Counted from the stretch's first letter, positions 1 through 10,976 are shown. The stretch: 64,000 nucleotides of DNA from a bacterium (GCA_963663405.2 CAXXSM010000110.1:96001-160000); one strand, 5' to 3'. Translations and numbers: made by a program. The notes: generated by a model from the sequence alone, not told the origin.

Positions 1-467
1 ACAATAACCTTTTTTGACCCTCTGGGAGGATCGAGACGGGCAATAAACGTTTTATGTTCCGGGGATTCAAAAAAAGCCCGGAAACGCGCCAGAAATACTT
101 TTCCGTCTTGCCTATCGAGATAGTCATTGAATGGTTTCATATACACATCCGTCAGATCCACACCCAGCATGTTCGCAAAGGTTTGATTGGCGTGATAGAT
201 CATGCCGGAACGGTTTAATGTCAGATATCCAACCGGCGCGTTATGAAAAAGGTATGTATAACAATTCCGGGAAATTTCCAATTCGTGTTGCGTGTCGCGA
301 AGTTCCTCGTTTTGAATTTCCAACTCGGCTTGATGAACCTGCAGTTCATGAAGAAGTTCTTCGACTTCCTTGGTTGTCGTATTACGATCGCTCTTTGGCG
401 ATTGGTTGATAAGTTGCTCCGCCATATCCCGTAATTTTTCGAGCGGAGTGTTCATTCGGCTAGACAT
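1..467 (-). CDS. PAS-domain signalling protein (probably a histidine kinase), N-terminal part only; runs off the window edge
   Basis: Not in the ORF track. Hand translation from ATG 467 (SD GAGGAG upstream) gives MSSRMNTPLEKLRDMAEQL...LLHELQVHQAELEIQNEELRDTQHELE...YLFHNAPVGYLTLNRSG, open to base 1. This coiled coil + PAS start is typical of genes downstream of CheB/CheR fusions. Confidence 0.85.
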   Translation of the reverse strand, partial: MSSRMNTPLEKLRDMAEQLINQSPKSDRNTTTKEVEELLHELQVHQAELEIQNEELRDTQHELEISRNCYTYLFHNAPVGYLTLNRSGMIYHANQTFANMLGVDLTDVYMKPFNDYLDRQDGKVFLARFRAFFESPEHKTFIARLDPPRGSKKVI

Positions 468-562
468 TGTTACATTCTCCTCATATCAATCAAATTGCTA
501 TTGTGTAGAATAAAGATCAAACGGAATCAACTGATTGTATCGCATGCATGAAAAACAGGGAT

Positions 563-3500
563 TCATTGGGATGATCCCGGATTATAGAAATCGTGGGTAG
601 ATGAATTCGAACCGGCGATTTGTTTGCTCACGACTAAGGCGCCGATCAGCTTGGCGGAAGTGTGCAATCGTTGTTTTGCGATATCGATTATAAATTTCGA
701 GCGCGATTCATATTTATGCGCTCTTTCTTTTAATTCATGGATACTCAACTGATATCGCTCGGCAATCTCCTGGAGTTTGCTTTCATCTTTTGGAGGATCC
801 CCATACCCAAAATTGATGGAGCCGATCGCTTTTTCTCCTGCGAAAATAGGAAGGGCGTAGATGCGAAGCCCGCCCCGGCACTCGATATCCACCTCATTTC
901 CCGTTTCGATGGCGATCTTAGAAGCGTCCGACCAACAGGATTCATGGCAGTGCCAATTCCCAGAGGCAAGAGCGGCCGCATTATCACTGGTTTTACATAA
1001 ATTCCGAGACTGATTATCCAATAACCGGCACCAACCGGAAGACATGATTCCCAGCGCATAATCACCGTTGCTTTCATAAATTGCGGCCGAAGTCTCCAGC
1101 AGGTCATGAATATCCTTAACAATGTCTTTCAATACATTTTCACCCACACCGTCATAGATCAACCGGTTGGTGTTAAGGGCGGCAAGATCACCGTAGGGTT
1201 GCTCTTTGATTTCAATATGAGCGCCTTCAGAACTCACATTTTTAGTGAGTTGCCATTCCAATCGTTTCAATTCATGCTGCGTTTTCTTTAGTTGAGTGAT
1301 ATTGATAAAGGTGAGAATCACTCCGGAAAAAACTTCGGGAGAAATGTGATAGGGAAGAATCCTGAGTAAATACCAGTCGTCCTCGTTTGTCTGTAGTTCT
1401 CGTTCAACCGATAAATTCGATCGCAACACTTGGTTAATCATCACAACAAGATTCCCGCATCGAAGATTGTGAGACAAATGGTGGAATGGCCGGCCAATAT
1501 CGTTGTCTATAATTTTGAAAAGATTTGGTATCAAAGGTGTGAATTTACGGACATTCAAATTTTCATCTAGAAAAATCGTGCCGATTTGAGTGCTCGCCTG
1601 TAAATTATCCATATCGTTGTTGAGTTCCGTCAACTCGATGATTTTCCGTTGGTGTTCCGCGTTGACGGTATACAATTCTTCATTGACGGATTGAAGTTCT
1701 TCATTCGTGCTTTGCAATTCTTCGTTGCTGGATAGCAGTTCTTGATTGGTCGCTTGCAACTCTTCATTCGCGGTTTCCAACTCTTCGATAGTGGCTTGCA
1801 GATTTTCCCGTGTGAACTGGAGTTCCTGTTCCAAATCCTGGATGCGCTGCTCCGCTTCCTGGGTAATATCGTAGGTGTCGTGTTCGTTATCTGTAAATGG
1901 TGTTACGCTCTTTTCATGGATTTCAAAAATGATGGCGATCAGTAAATCCCGCCCTTTCTTCACGGGCAGTGGTTTCATCCGCATATGAATGGTTTGTGAC
2001 TTATCATCCCGCTGAACGCGGATATTTGAATACTTGATTTCCACTTGCTGTTTGAGAACTTTTTGTATCCCGGTTGAAAGCGGGATCGCAATATCCTTGC
2101 TCGCCATTTTGGTGATATCGTTAATCATTTTCCCCGTTGGAATACACAACAATTCGTTTACGTTTCCGAAAGCATGCAGCAATTCCAATTGTTCATTCAC
2201 TATTAAGGCCGCTGGGAAGTAATCATCCGACATAGCTTGGATGAATCGTTCGAGCACGCGCTCTTCTTCCTGGGAACGCTGATACTGTCCATAAATTCGG
2301 GCTGGTCTGTATAAAGGATTTCTGGCTTTCTCGGAGACCTGGAATTCGGGTGTATTGGTTAAGTGTTTTCGTTTTCCTTTTAAACGGTAGATTTTAAGTT
2401 TGTGATGAACCGGTTCATAATAATCCGTCATTTCACCGATGGTTTCACTGGTGCCCAAAATTAAAAGGCCATCTGGATTGAGAGAAAAATTAAACATCTC
2501 CAATGCTTTGACTTGTAAAACGGGTTGCAAATAAATCAGGAGATTACGGCAGCTAACCAGGTTGATATTCGTAAACGGTGGATCTTTGATCAAATTATGC
2601 TGCGCGAAAACCACCATTTCCCGGATACTGCGGACAATTTGAAAGTTATCTTCTTTGCGAATGAAATATTTCGATAACAAGCGGGGCGACACATCGGAAA
2701 CGATACTTTCTGGGAAACTGCCGATCCCCGCCTTCATGATGGCGTCCCCATCCACGTCGGTGGCAAAGATTTTGATATCGTGTGTCTTGCCCAACCGTTC
2801 CATACATTCCTGACAGTAGATGGCCAGGCTATACGCTTCCTCCCCGGTTGAACATCCCGCCACCCAAAACCGGTGTTCTCTTTGTTCCTCTGGGGCCAAG
2901 AGTTTGGGAAGCCAATTTTCTAACAACACCTCGAACAGTTCCGGATCGCGGAAAAAATTGGTCACCCCGATCAACATTTCCCGGTAGAGAGTCGTGGCTT
3001 CCCGCGGATTGCTCTCGATGAAATGTACGTAATCCCGCAATTCATTGATCTGGTTGATGGTCATACGGCGTTCGATGCGGCGGACGACGGTGCTGGGTTT
3101 GTAAAATGTAAAATCGACTTTCGTTTTTTCCCGCAACACAGCGAAGATGCGGTTCAACCCGTCTTCATTCGTCAACAGAGAATCAATCAGTTCCGTTCGA
3201 GCCGAGTGAGGGTGTTTAACGAAAGCGAGCAATTGCTTTGGCATGTCCGATGGCGGCAGTATAAAATCAGCCAACCCAGTGGAGATGGCGCTGCGAGGCA
3301 TCCCGTCAAATTTGGCGGATTCCTCATCCTGCACGATTACCATTCCACCGGATTCTTTGATCTTCCGAATCCCCCGCATCCCATCGCTTCCCGTTCCGGA
3401 GAGAATGACGCCAATCGATTTTTCTCCTTGGTCTTCCGCCAGCGAACAAAGAAAAATATCGATCGGCAAGTTCAATCCTTTCGAATGGTCGTAATCATTG

Positions 3501-3820
3501 AGAAGCAATTTCCCATGAAAAATGGTCAAATTCTTTTTGGGGGGGATGAGGTAAATCGTATCCGGATTGACCCGCATTCCTTCTTCCGCGCGATAGACTG
3601 GCATTTCGGTCCGTTTCGACAACAATTCGACCATCATGCTTTTGTAATCGGGAGATAAATGTTGGATGACGACAAAGGCTAATCCGCTTTTTGAGGGCAT
3701 CTGCGTAAAAAACGATTCCAGCGCCTCCAATCCTCCGGCTGAAGCCCCGATGCCCACATAAAAAAGAGGTTCCTTGCTATTTTGTGTCTCGTTTTTACGG
3801 TTTCGATTTTGATCGTTCAT
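563..3820 (-). CDS. CheB methylesterase-CheR methyltransferase fusion with coiled coil, PAS and C-terminal PocR-like domain
   Basis: CheB motifs GIGASAGG, QHLSP, LSGTGSDG; CheR motifs WVAGCSTGEEAYS, ATDVD, SCRNLLIY; EELQSTNEEL heptad repeats; PAS; C-terminal SGWCRLL...WHCHESC...ECRGGLRIYALPI. Confidence 0.92.
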   Translation of the reverse strand: MNDQNRNRKNETQNSKEPLFYVGIGASAGGLEALESFFTQMPSKSGLAFVVIQHLSPDYKSMMVELLSKRTEMPVYRAEEGMRVNPDTIYLIPPKKNLTIFHGKLLLNDYDHSKGLNLPIDIFLCSLAEDQGEKSIGVILSGTGSDGMRGIRKIKESGGMVIVQDEESAKFDGMPRSAISTGLADFILPPSDMPKQLLAFVKHPHSARTELIDSLLTNEDGLNRIFAVLREKTKVDFTFYKPSTVVRRIERRMTINQINELRDYVHFIESNPREATTLYREMLIGVTNFFRDPELFEVLLENWLPKLLAPEEQREHRFWVAGCSTGEEAYSLAIYCQECMERLGKTHDIKIFATDVDGDAIMKAGIGSFPESIVSDVSPRLLSKYFIRKEDNFQIVRSIREMVVFAQHNLIKDPPFTNINLVSCRNLLIYLQPVLQVKALEMFNFSLNPDGLLILGTSETIGEMTDYYEPVHHKLKIYRLKGKRKHLTNTPEFQVSEKARNPLYRPARIYGQYQRSQEEERVLERFIQAMSDDYFPAALIVNEQLELLHAFGNVNELLCIPTGKMINDITKMASKDIAIPLSTGIQKVLKQQVEIKYSNIRVQRDDKSQTIHMRMKPLPVKKGRDLLIAIIFEIHEKSVTPFTDNEHDTYDITQEAEQRIQDLEQELQFTRENLQATIEELETANEELQATNQELLSSNEELQSTNEELQSVNEELYTVNAEHQRKIIELTELNNDMDNLQASTQIGTIFLDENLNVRKFTPLIPNLFKIIDNDIGRPFHHLSHNLRCGNLVVMINQVLRSNLSVERELQTNEDDWYLLRILPYHISPEVFSGVILTFINITQLKKTQHELKRLEWQLTKNVSSEGAHIEIKEQPYGDLAALNTNRLIYDGVGENVLKDIVKDIHDLLETSAAIYESNGDYALGIMSSGWCRLLDNQSRNLCKTSDNAAALASGNWHCHESCWSDASKIAIETGNEVDIECRGGLRIYALPIFAGEKAIGSINFGYGDPPKDESKLQEIAERYQLSIHELKERAHKYESRSKFIIDIAKQRLHTSAKLIGALVVSKQIAGSNSSTHDFYNPGSSQ

Positions 3821-3935
3821 ACTCTCTTTTCCTGCGTATCAACAGAGTGAAGTAAATGGAATGTATGTTATGATTGAATTGTATAATCACACTGGATTTC
3901 TCTTTACTATCGAATCTCGAATTCAAAAACTGCTA

Positions 3936-5070
3936 TTAATGGGAATCCAAAACCTCACGGACTTTCATCGCCAGCGTCTCCGGCATGAGCGGCTTTTGCA
4001 GAAAATTCACACCTTTGTCAAGGATACCGTGATGGGCAATCACATTATCCGGATAGCCGGATAAGAATAAAATTTTCAGGTTGGGATACTGCGCTTTCAA
4101 CGTATCCGCCAAATCCCGTCCGTTCATTTCGGGCATGATGACATCCGTCAACAATAAATCAATTTCGCCCGAATGGTTGTCCGCCAGTTCGATGGCGTGC
4201 ATTGGATTACTAGTGGTGAGCACTCGATAGCCAAGTCTTTCCAATATCTTTGTCCCGAGTTTTTGTAGAGAGGGTTCATCCTCGACAAATAACACGGTTT
4301 CAGAGCCCCTGCTCTCCGGTTTGATCTCTCTTTTCACCTGAAGCGCCTCTTCATCACCTGTATGCCGGGGGAGATAGATTTTGAACGCCGTTCCCTGGCC
4401 CGGTTCGCTATATACATTGATAAATCCACGGTTCTGTTTGACAACGCCATACACTGTCGCCAATCCCAATCCCGTGCCTTCGCCTTGCTTTTTCGTTGTG
4501 AAAAAGGGATCGAATACCTGCGCAAGCGTTTCTTTATCCATTCCGCAGCCGTTGTCACTGACGGCCAGTTGCACGTATTCACCCATGGTAAATCCCGTAT
4601 GTTCACTGCAATATTCTTCATCAAAACGAACGTTGCCGGTTTCAAGCGTGACCTTGCCGACTCCCGCAATGGCGTCGCGGGCGTTGACGCATAGATTGGC
4701 CAGGATCTGATCGATCTGGCTGGTATCCATTTTGACCTGCCATAAATCCGTTCCTGGCGCCCAGGCCAGGTCAATATCTTCACCGATCAATCGTTGCAAC
4801 ATCTTGAGCATGCCCTTAACGGTGTCATTGAGATTTAATACTTTGGGGGAAACGGTCTGTTTCCGGGCGAAGGCCAGTAATTGACGGGTGAGATCCGCCG
4901 ATCGCTCCGCGGCTTTTTTGATCTCCTGTAGACTTTCGTAGAGTGGTTGGGAAGATTCCACATTCGTTTGAGCGATTCCCACATGTCCGATGATCACCAT
5001 CAGCATATTGTTAAAATCATGCGCGATTCCACCGGCCAACCGTCCAACGGCTTCCATTTTCTGAGCCTGA
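3936..5070. repeat. Kinase-receiver module, copy A (duplicated at 9842-10976)
   Basis: Collinear with copy B at a constant offset of 5906 bp; long identical nucleotide runs. Confidence 0.9.
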
Positions 5071-8000
5071 TGATACTGTTCTTCAAGCCGCGAGTTCTCC
5101 TCCTGCATCTGGCGATACTCGCGGTTCGAAACGGCCAAAGCCACCTGGTCGGCAAGGTGGCAAGCGAAACTGATCTCGTCCTCTTCCCAGTGGTGGGATC
5201 TATCCACATGCTCGAAGCAGAGTGTTCCCAGATTCCGGCCCCCCCGGCGGATCACGGCGTCCAGCAAGGCGGTGATCCGGTTCGGTTTCAGGTATCCTTC
5301 CACATATCCCGCAGTACGCGGATCGGTCAACGGATCGCCGGCGTCCACATACCTAGATTCCTTCAGCGTATCAAATTCATTCCGATACTCGCGCTCCAGC
5401 AGCACGGCCCCGGAGGAATGCTCTCCTGTAGAAAACACGTAATTATCCACGTTGACCAGTTCGCTTTGTTCTTTATCGAAAAGCCAAACACCCGCCCTCT
5501 CCACCTTGAGCGCGCGCGCAGCCGCCTCAGTCAATTCCCGGGCCAGTTCCGGCACGGCGCCCTGGGATAGATGCCCGCTCGACGCCACGGCGGCCATTAC
5601 CTCCGCCTCCCGCTCCCGGCGTTCCAACGTCAGGCGCTCTTTTTCCTCCGCACGCTTGCGCTCGGTGATATCCTGGTTGACGCCATAGGTTTTGATCGTG
5701 CGTCCTTGACTGTCCTTGACGATGAAGAATCGTACCGAGATATGACCAACTTCTCCATCGGCGTAGAGTATCCGGTGCTCGATCTGGCGGCTGTAATTGG
5801 AATCGGTGGTTTGGATGATTGCCCGGTTCTCCTCGGCTACAAGATGGGCGTCATCGGGATGACAGAAGCGTCTCGCGTACTCGGAAGAGGACATTTGATA
5901 CCCGCCGGCCTCCCCGGCTGTCGTTCTGAAGATCTGATAGAAATTGTCGTTGAACGTGAAGGTATCGCTGTCCACGTCGTAATCCCAATAGCCTGCACGG
6001 GCCATTTTCATGGCTTCGGAAAGCTGATTCTCCCTTTTTCGCAGCGCTGCCTCGGCTTTTTTGCGCTTGGTAATATCGGTGGCGATACCGGCCAGGGCCA
6101 GTGGTACACCATCTGTATCATGAATCAACTGGGTACGACAGTCCATGACAATCTCGCTTCCATCAGCGGCGAAGTTAATCACTTCTCCTCGCCACTGTCC
6201 GTCTTCAAGCGTTCTTTCAAGTATTTTCTTCTGTGCCGCCCCACGTTCGGGATCCTCGCCGTATTTCTCGGTCGTACCGCCGATGAGCTCGTTGCGGCTA
6301 TATCCCAACGATCGCGTTCCCGCTTCGTTGATATACGTAATCACGCCCTTCAGATCCGTTATCGTTACGCGATCCTCAATCTGGTCGAGTACCAGAGCCT
6401 GGAGGTGGATCCGCTCTTTGGCCTTTCTTTGTTCCGTGATATCCTGAGTAAAACCAACCGCGCGAATACAATTTCCAGCGCCGTCATACTCCAATTCCGC
6501 TTTTTCCCGCACCCATTTCACTTCACCCTTGACGAGCAGACGATGCTCAATGTCATACGTTCCTGTATGCAGGGCTGTTTTCCATTGCGCATCTACATAA
6601 TCTCGATCGCCGGGATGGACACATTCCAAGAATGTTTCATATGTTAGTTCGGCGCCTAAAGGCGTCCCAAAAATCCGGTAATTCTCATCCGTCCACACTA
6701 ATTTATTTTGATTGATATCTAGTTCCCAAGTCCCAATTGTTCCAATTTCTTGCGCTTTTTGAAGGTAATAGCGCTGCTTGTCGAGTTCCATTTCTATCCG
6801 CTTACGGTTAGTGATGTCATGAGCCACTCCTTCGACAGCGATGATTTGTCCACTTTCACCGGGCACAGCTGTTTCCGACACTTCCAGCCAGTGGACGTCT
6901 CCATTTTTCGAGAAAATTTCAACTTCGTACCTGGGTTGTACTTTTCCTTGAAGGCACAGCGCCGTGTTTTCAACTGCTTTTTGATTGATTGGATTGCCGG
7001 TCAAATACGTCGTGAAATGGGTGAGAAATTCCTCCGGTTGATAACCGAGCACTTGTGTGATGGATGGTGAGACATACTCGAAAATCCCATCCGTATCATG
7101 GCGGTATAAAAAAGTTCCGGTCAAGTTGCTCACAAGGCGCTTGTATTTCTCGTTGCTTCGGCGTACTTTCATTTCGGCTGTTTTGCGCTCTAGCAAATGC
7201 GCGAACATTTCGCCGACCCTGCGCAGCGCGTCTTGTTCGCTTGCCGACCAGGTTCGACATTCAGTTACCGCATCGAAGCCAAGGAAGCCCAGAATCGAAT
7301 TTCCCGACTGCATCGGAACGGCTATCAGAGACTTGATGTGTTGTGATTCAAAGTGCTCACGTTCGAAGCGGGCTTCGGGCGGCAGGGCTGCTACATCCGG
7401 GACGTGGACGTTCTCTCCAGTGTTGATACATTCTGTAAACCACGGCAGTTCTTGTTTAAAGGATATATCTTGGAGGCGCATGCGTTCTGATGTGACGCCT
7501 TCGGCGCACCATTCATGCGTATTGTCCATGTGGACATTATCCTCTCGGAAGAGAAACACGTAAGCGCGGTCCGCATGCGTGAAAAGCGCGATGGAAGCGA
7601 GCGCGTCTTCCATTCCAGCGTCCAATTGCTCTATATTTAACCGGACCAGGTTCGATGAGACGTCATTAATGATCCGGTCAAAAGCAACGCGTTGAGTCAA
7701 TGTGTCTTCGAGCCGTTTTCTTTCAGTCATATCGCGCACAGCGGCGATAATCCCTATCATCTCTCCTTTGGCATTCCGTAACGGACTGCTTGTGTCAGAG
7801 GTCCAACCAGAACGGCCGGTTATGGTTGAATAATAAGGAAAATCAATTGTTTCCGGCGATTCTCCGGCGAGTATTCGTTCTAACCGTTCTATGACTCCCG
7901 CTTCTTGCAAAAAAGGAAAGAGTTCCAAAGGATGGCGGCCCAAGACCTTAGATGCGGGAATACCGGACAAGCGTTCCATGAAAGGATTCCAGAGTTGATA

Positions 8001-9431
8001 GCGCAAATCGCAATCATAAACAATCACTCCTTCCTGGACGCTGTCGATGATATCACCGATCAGCTGATTCTTCTCTTCTAATGCGATTTCATATTGTTTC
8101 TGCCCAGTGATGTCCTCACCAATTGACTGGTAACTAATAATGGTTCCCTTTTCATCGAAGAGCGCGCGATTCGTCCAACGTTGCCAGCCAATATCTCCCG
8201 AAGGTTTGATGACTCGATGTTCATACGACTGCGTTGATGAATTCACCGACATGGTGTTGATGTTGGCCATAACGGTCTCGCGGTCTTCCTCCGGGATGAA
8301 CGAGAAGATTGATGCGCCGGTTAAATCCTCCAATGTTTTACTGAAATACTCACAATAGTTCCGATTCGCAAACGTAATTTTTCCTCCAGGTAAAAAACAA
8401 CAAATCAAGACGGGCATGTCTTCCGCAATCGCTCGATAGCGCTCTTCACTCTTCCCCAGCGCATTCTCGAACTGTTTACGCTCTGTGATATCCGTTCCAA
8501 TGCAGAGGATTTCCATTGGCGAATCAGTTTCATCAAGAATGACTTTGTTCGTCCACGACACCCAAACCCGCTCGCCGTTCTTCCGCAGGTTCTCATTTTC
8601 ATTCAAGGAGTATTTTTCCGGATTTTCGGTTATAAGTTGGATAATATCCTGAAGATTACGTCCGGTACTTTCTTTTTCCGGGACGATGCTTCCAACGGCA
8701 GAGCGGCCAATGATTTCTTTTTCTGAATAACCAAAGAAACGTTGCGCATATTCATTAAAAAAAGTGATTTTTCCTTCTCTATCCATTCTCAGGATGATGC
8801 TATTGGCGTTTTCCACGAGTTCGCGGTATTTCTCTTCACTTTTTACCAAAGCCGCCTTGGTGGATAACGACCGGATCTGTTCTCGAAGGACTCTCTCAAA
8901 AATGATTGTACAGACCGGGAAAAAAATCATGACAGGCAATGCGATTGTGGAAATGACGGACCAAGCCTCCCCCTTAGGCAATGTAAACATCCACAATAAC
9001 ATGTTGACGTGGACCAGAACGCCAAAACCGAAAAGGTAGAGAGGACGGCTGAATTCCGGCTTATCGCGTCCTATATAGCGGTACAATACGCCGAAGCCTG
9101 CGGAGGTCACCAGAACGCAAACACCGGTTAACACGCCAATGCCTCCCACTCCCCACACCCGGTACATGCCACCGATGAGAACGACAAGAACCGCTGTGAT
9201 GGACCCTCCTGCGAATCCGGCAATACTGGCGACAAACGACCGGCCATCAAAAATAATCCCTTCGGTCAGCACAAATGGATTCATCATTCCCGCAACCGTG
9301 ATACATCCGAATAAGATACCACAGCTGATTTGATAGGGAATCGAATCCGGTTTCCATCGCTTCACAATAAAAAAGTGACAGACGCTCAACGCCAGCAGGA
9401 GTGAGATGTTGTTGATGAAGGATATAAACAT
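3936..9431 (-). CDS. Hybrid sensor histidine kinase: LytS/YhcK-type 5TM receptor, 7 PAS, 2 GAF, HisKA, HATPase, REC
   Basis: Hydrophobic N-terminus with IFDGR motif; repeated DITERK PAC ends; H-box GGIAHDFNN; DPFFTTK and GTGLGLA; receiver FVEDE...LLTDVIMP...KP. Confidence 0.93.
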   Translation of the reverse strand: MFISFINNISLLLALSVCHFFIVKRWKPDSIPYQISCGILFGCITVAGMMNPFVLTEGIIFDGRSFVASIAGFAGGSITAVLVVLIGGMYRVWGVGGIGVLTGVCVLVTSAGFGVLYRYIGRDKPEFSRPLYLFGFGVLVHVNMLLWMFTLPKGEAWSVISTIALPVMIFFPVCTIIFERVLREQIRSLSTKAALVKSEEKYRELVENANSIILRMDREGKITFFNEYAQRFFGYSEKEIIGRSAVGSIVPEKESTGRNLQDIIQLITENPEKYSLNENENLRKNGERVWVSWTNKVILDETDSPMEILCIGTDITERKQFENALGKSEERYRAIAEDMPVLICCFLPGGKITFANRNYCEYFSKTLEDLTGASIFSFIPEEDRETVMANINTMSVNSSTQSYEHRVIKPSGDIGWQRWTNRALFDEKGTIISYQSIGEDITGQKQYEIALEEKNQLIGDIIDSVQEGVIVYDCDLRYQLWNPFMERLSGIPASKVLGRHPLELFPFLQEAGVIERLERILAGESPETIDFPYYSTITGRSGWTSDTSSPLRNAKGEMIGIIAAVRDMTERKRLEDTLTQRVAFDRIINDVSSNLVRLNIEQLDAGMEDALASIALFTHADRAYVFLFREDNVHMDNTHEWCAEGVTSERMRLQDISFKQELPWFTECINTGENVHVPDVAALPPEARFEREHFESQHIKSLIAVPMQSGNSILGFLGFDAVTECRTWSASEQDALRRVGEMFAHLLERKTAEMKVRRSNEKYKRLVSNLTGTFLYRHDTDGIFEYVSPSITQVLGYQPEEFLTHFTTYLTGNPINQKAVENTALCLQGKVQPRYEVEIFSKNGDVHWLEVSETAVPGESGQIIAVEGVAHDITNRKRIEMELDKQRYYLQKAQEIGTIGTWELDINQNKLVWTDENYRIFGTPLGAELTYETFLECVHPGDRDYVDAQWKTALHTGTYDIEHRLLVKGEVKWVREKAELEYDGAGNCIRAVGFTQDITEQRKAKERIHLQALVLDQIEDRVTITDLKGVITYINEAGTRSLGYSRNELIGGTTEKYGEDPERGAAQKKILERTLEDGQWRGEVINFAADGSEIVMDCRTQLIHDTDGVPLALAGIATDITKRKKAEAALRKRENQLSEAMKMARAGYWDYDVDSDTFTFNDNFYQIFRTTAGEAGGYQMSSSEYARRFCHPDDAHLVAEENRAIIQTTDSNYSRQIEHRILYADGEVGHISVRFFIVKDSQGRTIKTYGVNQDITERKRAEEKERLTLERREREAEVMAAVASSGHLSQGAVPELARELTEAAARALKVERAGVWLFDKEQSELVNVDNYVFSTGEHSSGAVLLEREYRNEFDTLKESRYVDAGDPLTDPRTAGYVEGYLKPNRITALLDAVIRRGGRNLGTLCFEHVDRSHHWEEDEISFACHLADQVALAVSNREYRQMQEENSRLEEQYHQAQKMEAVGRLAGGIAHDFNNMLMVIIGHVGIAQTNVESSQPLYESLQEIKKAAERSADLTRQLLAFARKQTVSPKVLNLNDTVKGMLKMLQRLIGEDIDLAWAPGTDLWQVKMDTSQIDQILANLCVNARDAIAGVGKVTLETGNVRFDEEYCSEHTGFTMGEYVQLAVSDNGCGMDKETLAQVFDPFFTTKKQGEGTGLGLATVYGVVKQNRGFINVYSEPGQGTAFKIYLPRHTGDEEALQVKREIKPESRGSETVLFVEDEPSLQKLGTKILERLGYRVLTTSNPMHAIELADNHSGEIDLLLTDVIMPEMNGRDLADTLKAQYPNLKILFLSGYPDNVIAHHGILDKGVNFLQKPLMPETLAMKVREVLDSH

Positions 9432-9548
9432 GGTTGTATCCTCTGCTTGCTCGATTCAGCGATCGGAATTGTCCTCGATCATAATTCACTCTTCAAGTCG
9501 AGATTCAGATATTCCTCAATCTTTTGGAGTATATTTTTAATGGCCTTT

Positions 9549-9779
9549 TTATACGTGATGAGACGAGAGCGATCCTTTGCAACCATTATTTTGAAGCCCT
9601 TGCGCCACCAACTTGGTTTGTTCGACCAGATCCTCGCGCATGAAACGGTCCGCTCGCCGTATCGACCCATACGTGACCAGAATCCCGGCCACAACAATCA
9701 GGCCCAGTACGGTCAAAGCGGATGTAGTCTCTATCCATTGTAACAAGGGCTTCATCTCAAATGGAAACTGTAATTTCAT
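9549..9779 (-). pseudogene. Probable 5' remnant of a membrane sensor gene
   Basis: One TM helix followed by RRADRFMREDLVEQTKLVAQGL, resembling the start of the kinase at 15848-21205; stops after 76 aa. Confidence 0.45.
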
Positions 9780-9841
9780 TCTCTACGATTCCTTCCCATA
9801 CTACGGTCATCCGTTTCCCCGGGTAGAGATTTACATGGCTG

Positions 9842-10976
9842 TTATGGACTATCCAATATTCCCCGGACTTTCATTGTCAGCGATTCCGGCATAAACGGTT
9901 TCTCGAGAAAATTCACGCCTTTGTCGAGGATCCCATGATGATCGATCACATTATCTGGATAGCCGGACATGAACAAGATTTTTAGGTTGGGGAACTGCGC
10001 TTTCAACGTATCCGCCAAATCCCGGCCATTCATTTCGGGCATGATGACATCCGTCAATAACAGGTCGATCTCGCCCGAATGGTTCTCCGCCAGTTCGATG
10101 GCGTGGAGGGGATTGCTGGTGGCCAACACTCGATAACCAAGTCTTTCCAGCACTTTGGCGCCGAGATTTTGGAGGGAAGGTTCATCCTCGACCAGCAACA
10201 CCGTTTCAGAACCACGGCTATCCGTTTTGATGTCTCTTTTTACCTGGAGAGCGTCCTCCTCACCGGTATGACGGGGGAAGTAAATTTTGAACGCCGTTCC
10301 CTGGCCCGGTTCGCTGTACACATTGATAAAACCACCATTCTGTTTCACTACGCCATATACTGTCGCCAATCCTAAGCCCGTGCCTTCACCATGTTTTTTC
10401 GTAGTGAAAAATGGATCGAATACCTGCGCGAGAGTGTCTTTATCCATCCCGCAGCCATTGTCACTGACGGCCAGTTGCACGTATTCACCCAAGGTAAATC
10501 CCGCATGTTCACTGCAATATTCTTCATCAAAACGAACGTTGCCGGTTTCAATCGTGACCTTGCCGATCCCTGCAATGGCGTCGCGGGCGTTGACGCATAG
10601 ATTGGCCAGGATCTGATCGATCTGGCTGGTATCCATTTTGACCTGCCATAGATCCGTTCCTGGCGCCCAGGCCAGGTCGATATCTTCACCGATCAATCGT
10701 TGCAGCATCTTGAGCATGCCTTCAACGGTGTCATTGAGATTTAACACCTTAGGAGAAACGGTTTGTTTCCTAGCGAAGGCCAGTAATTGCCGGGTGAGAT
10801 CCGCCGATCGCTGTGCGGCTTTTTTGATTTCCTGAAGATTTTCATAAAGTGGTTGGGAGGGAGACACGTTGGTCTGAGCGATCTCCGCATGCCCGTTAAT
10901 CACCATCAGCATATTATTAAAATCATGCGCGATTCCACCGGCCAAACGTCCAACGGCTTCCATTTTTTGCGCTTGC
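9842..10976. repeat. Kinase-receiver module, copy B
   Basis: Near-identical to 3936-5070. Confidence 0.9.

Noticed and set aside
131-434. Plus-strand ORFs 131-409 and 243-434, and the many short ORFs antisense to the large genes
   Set aside because: They are shadows of well-supported opposite-strand genes and show no motifs.
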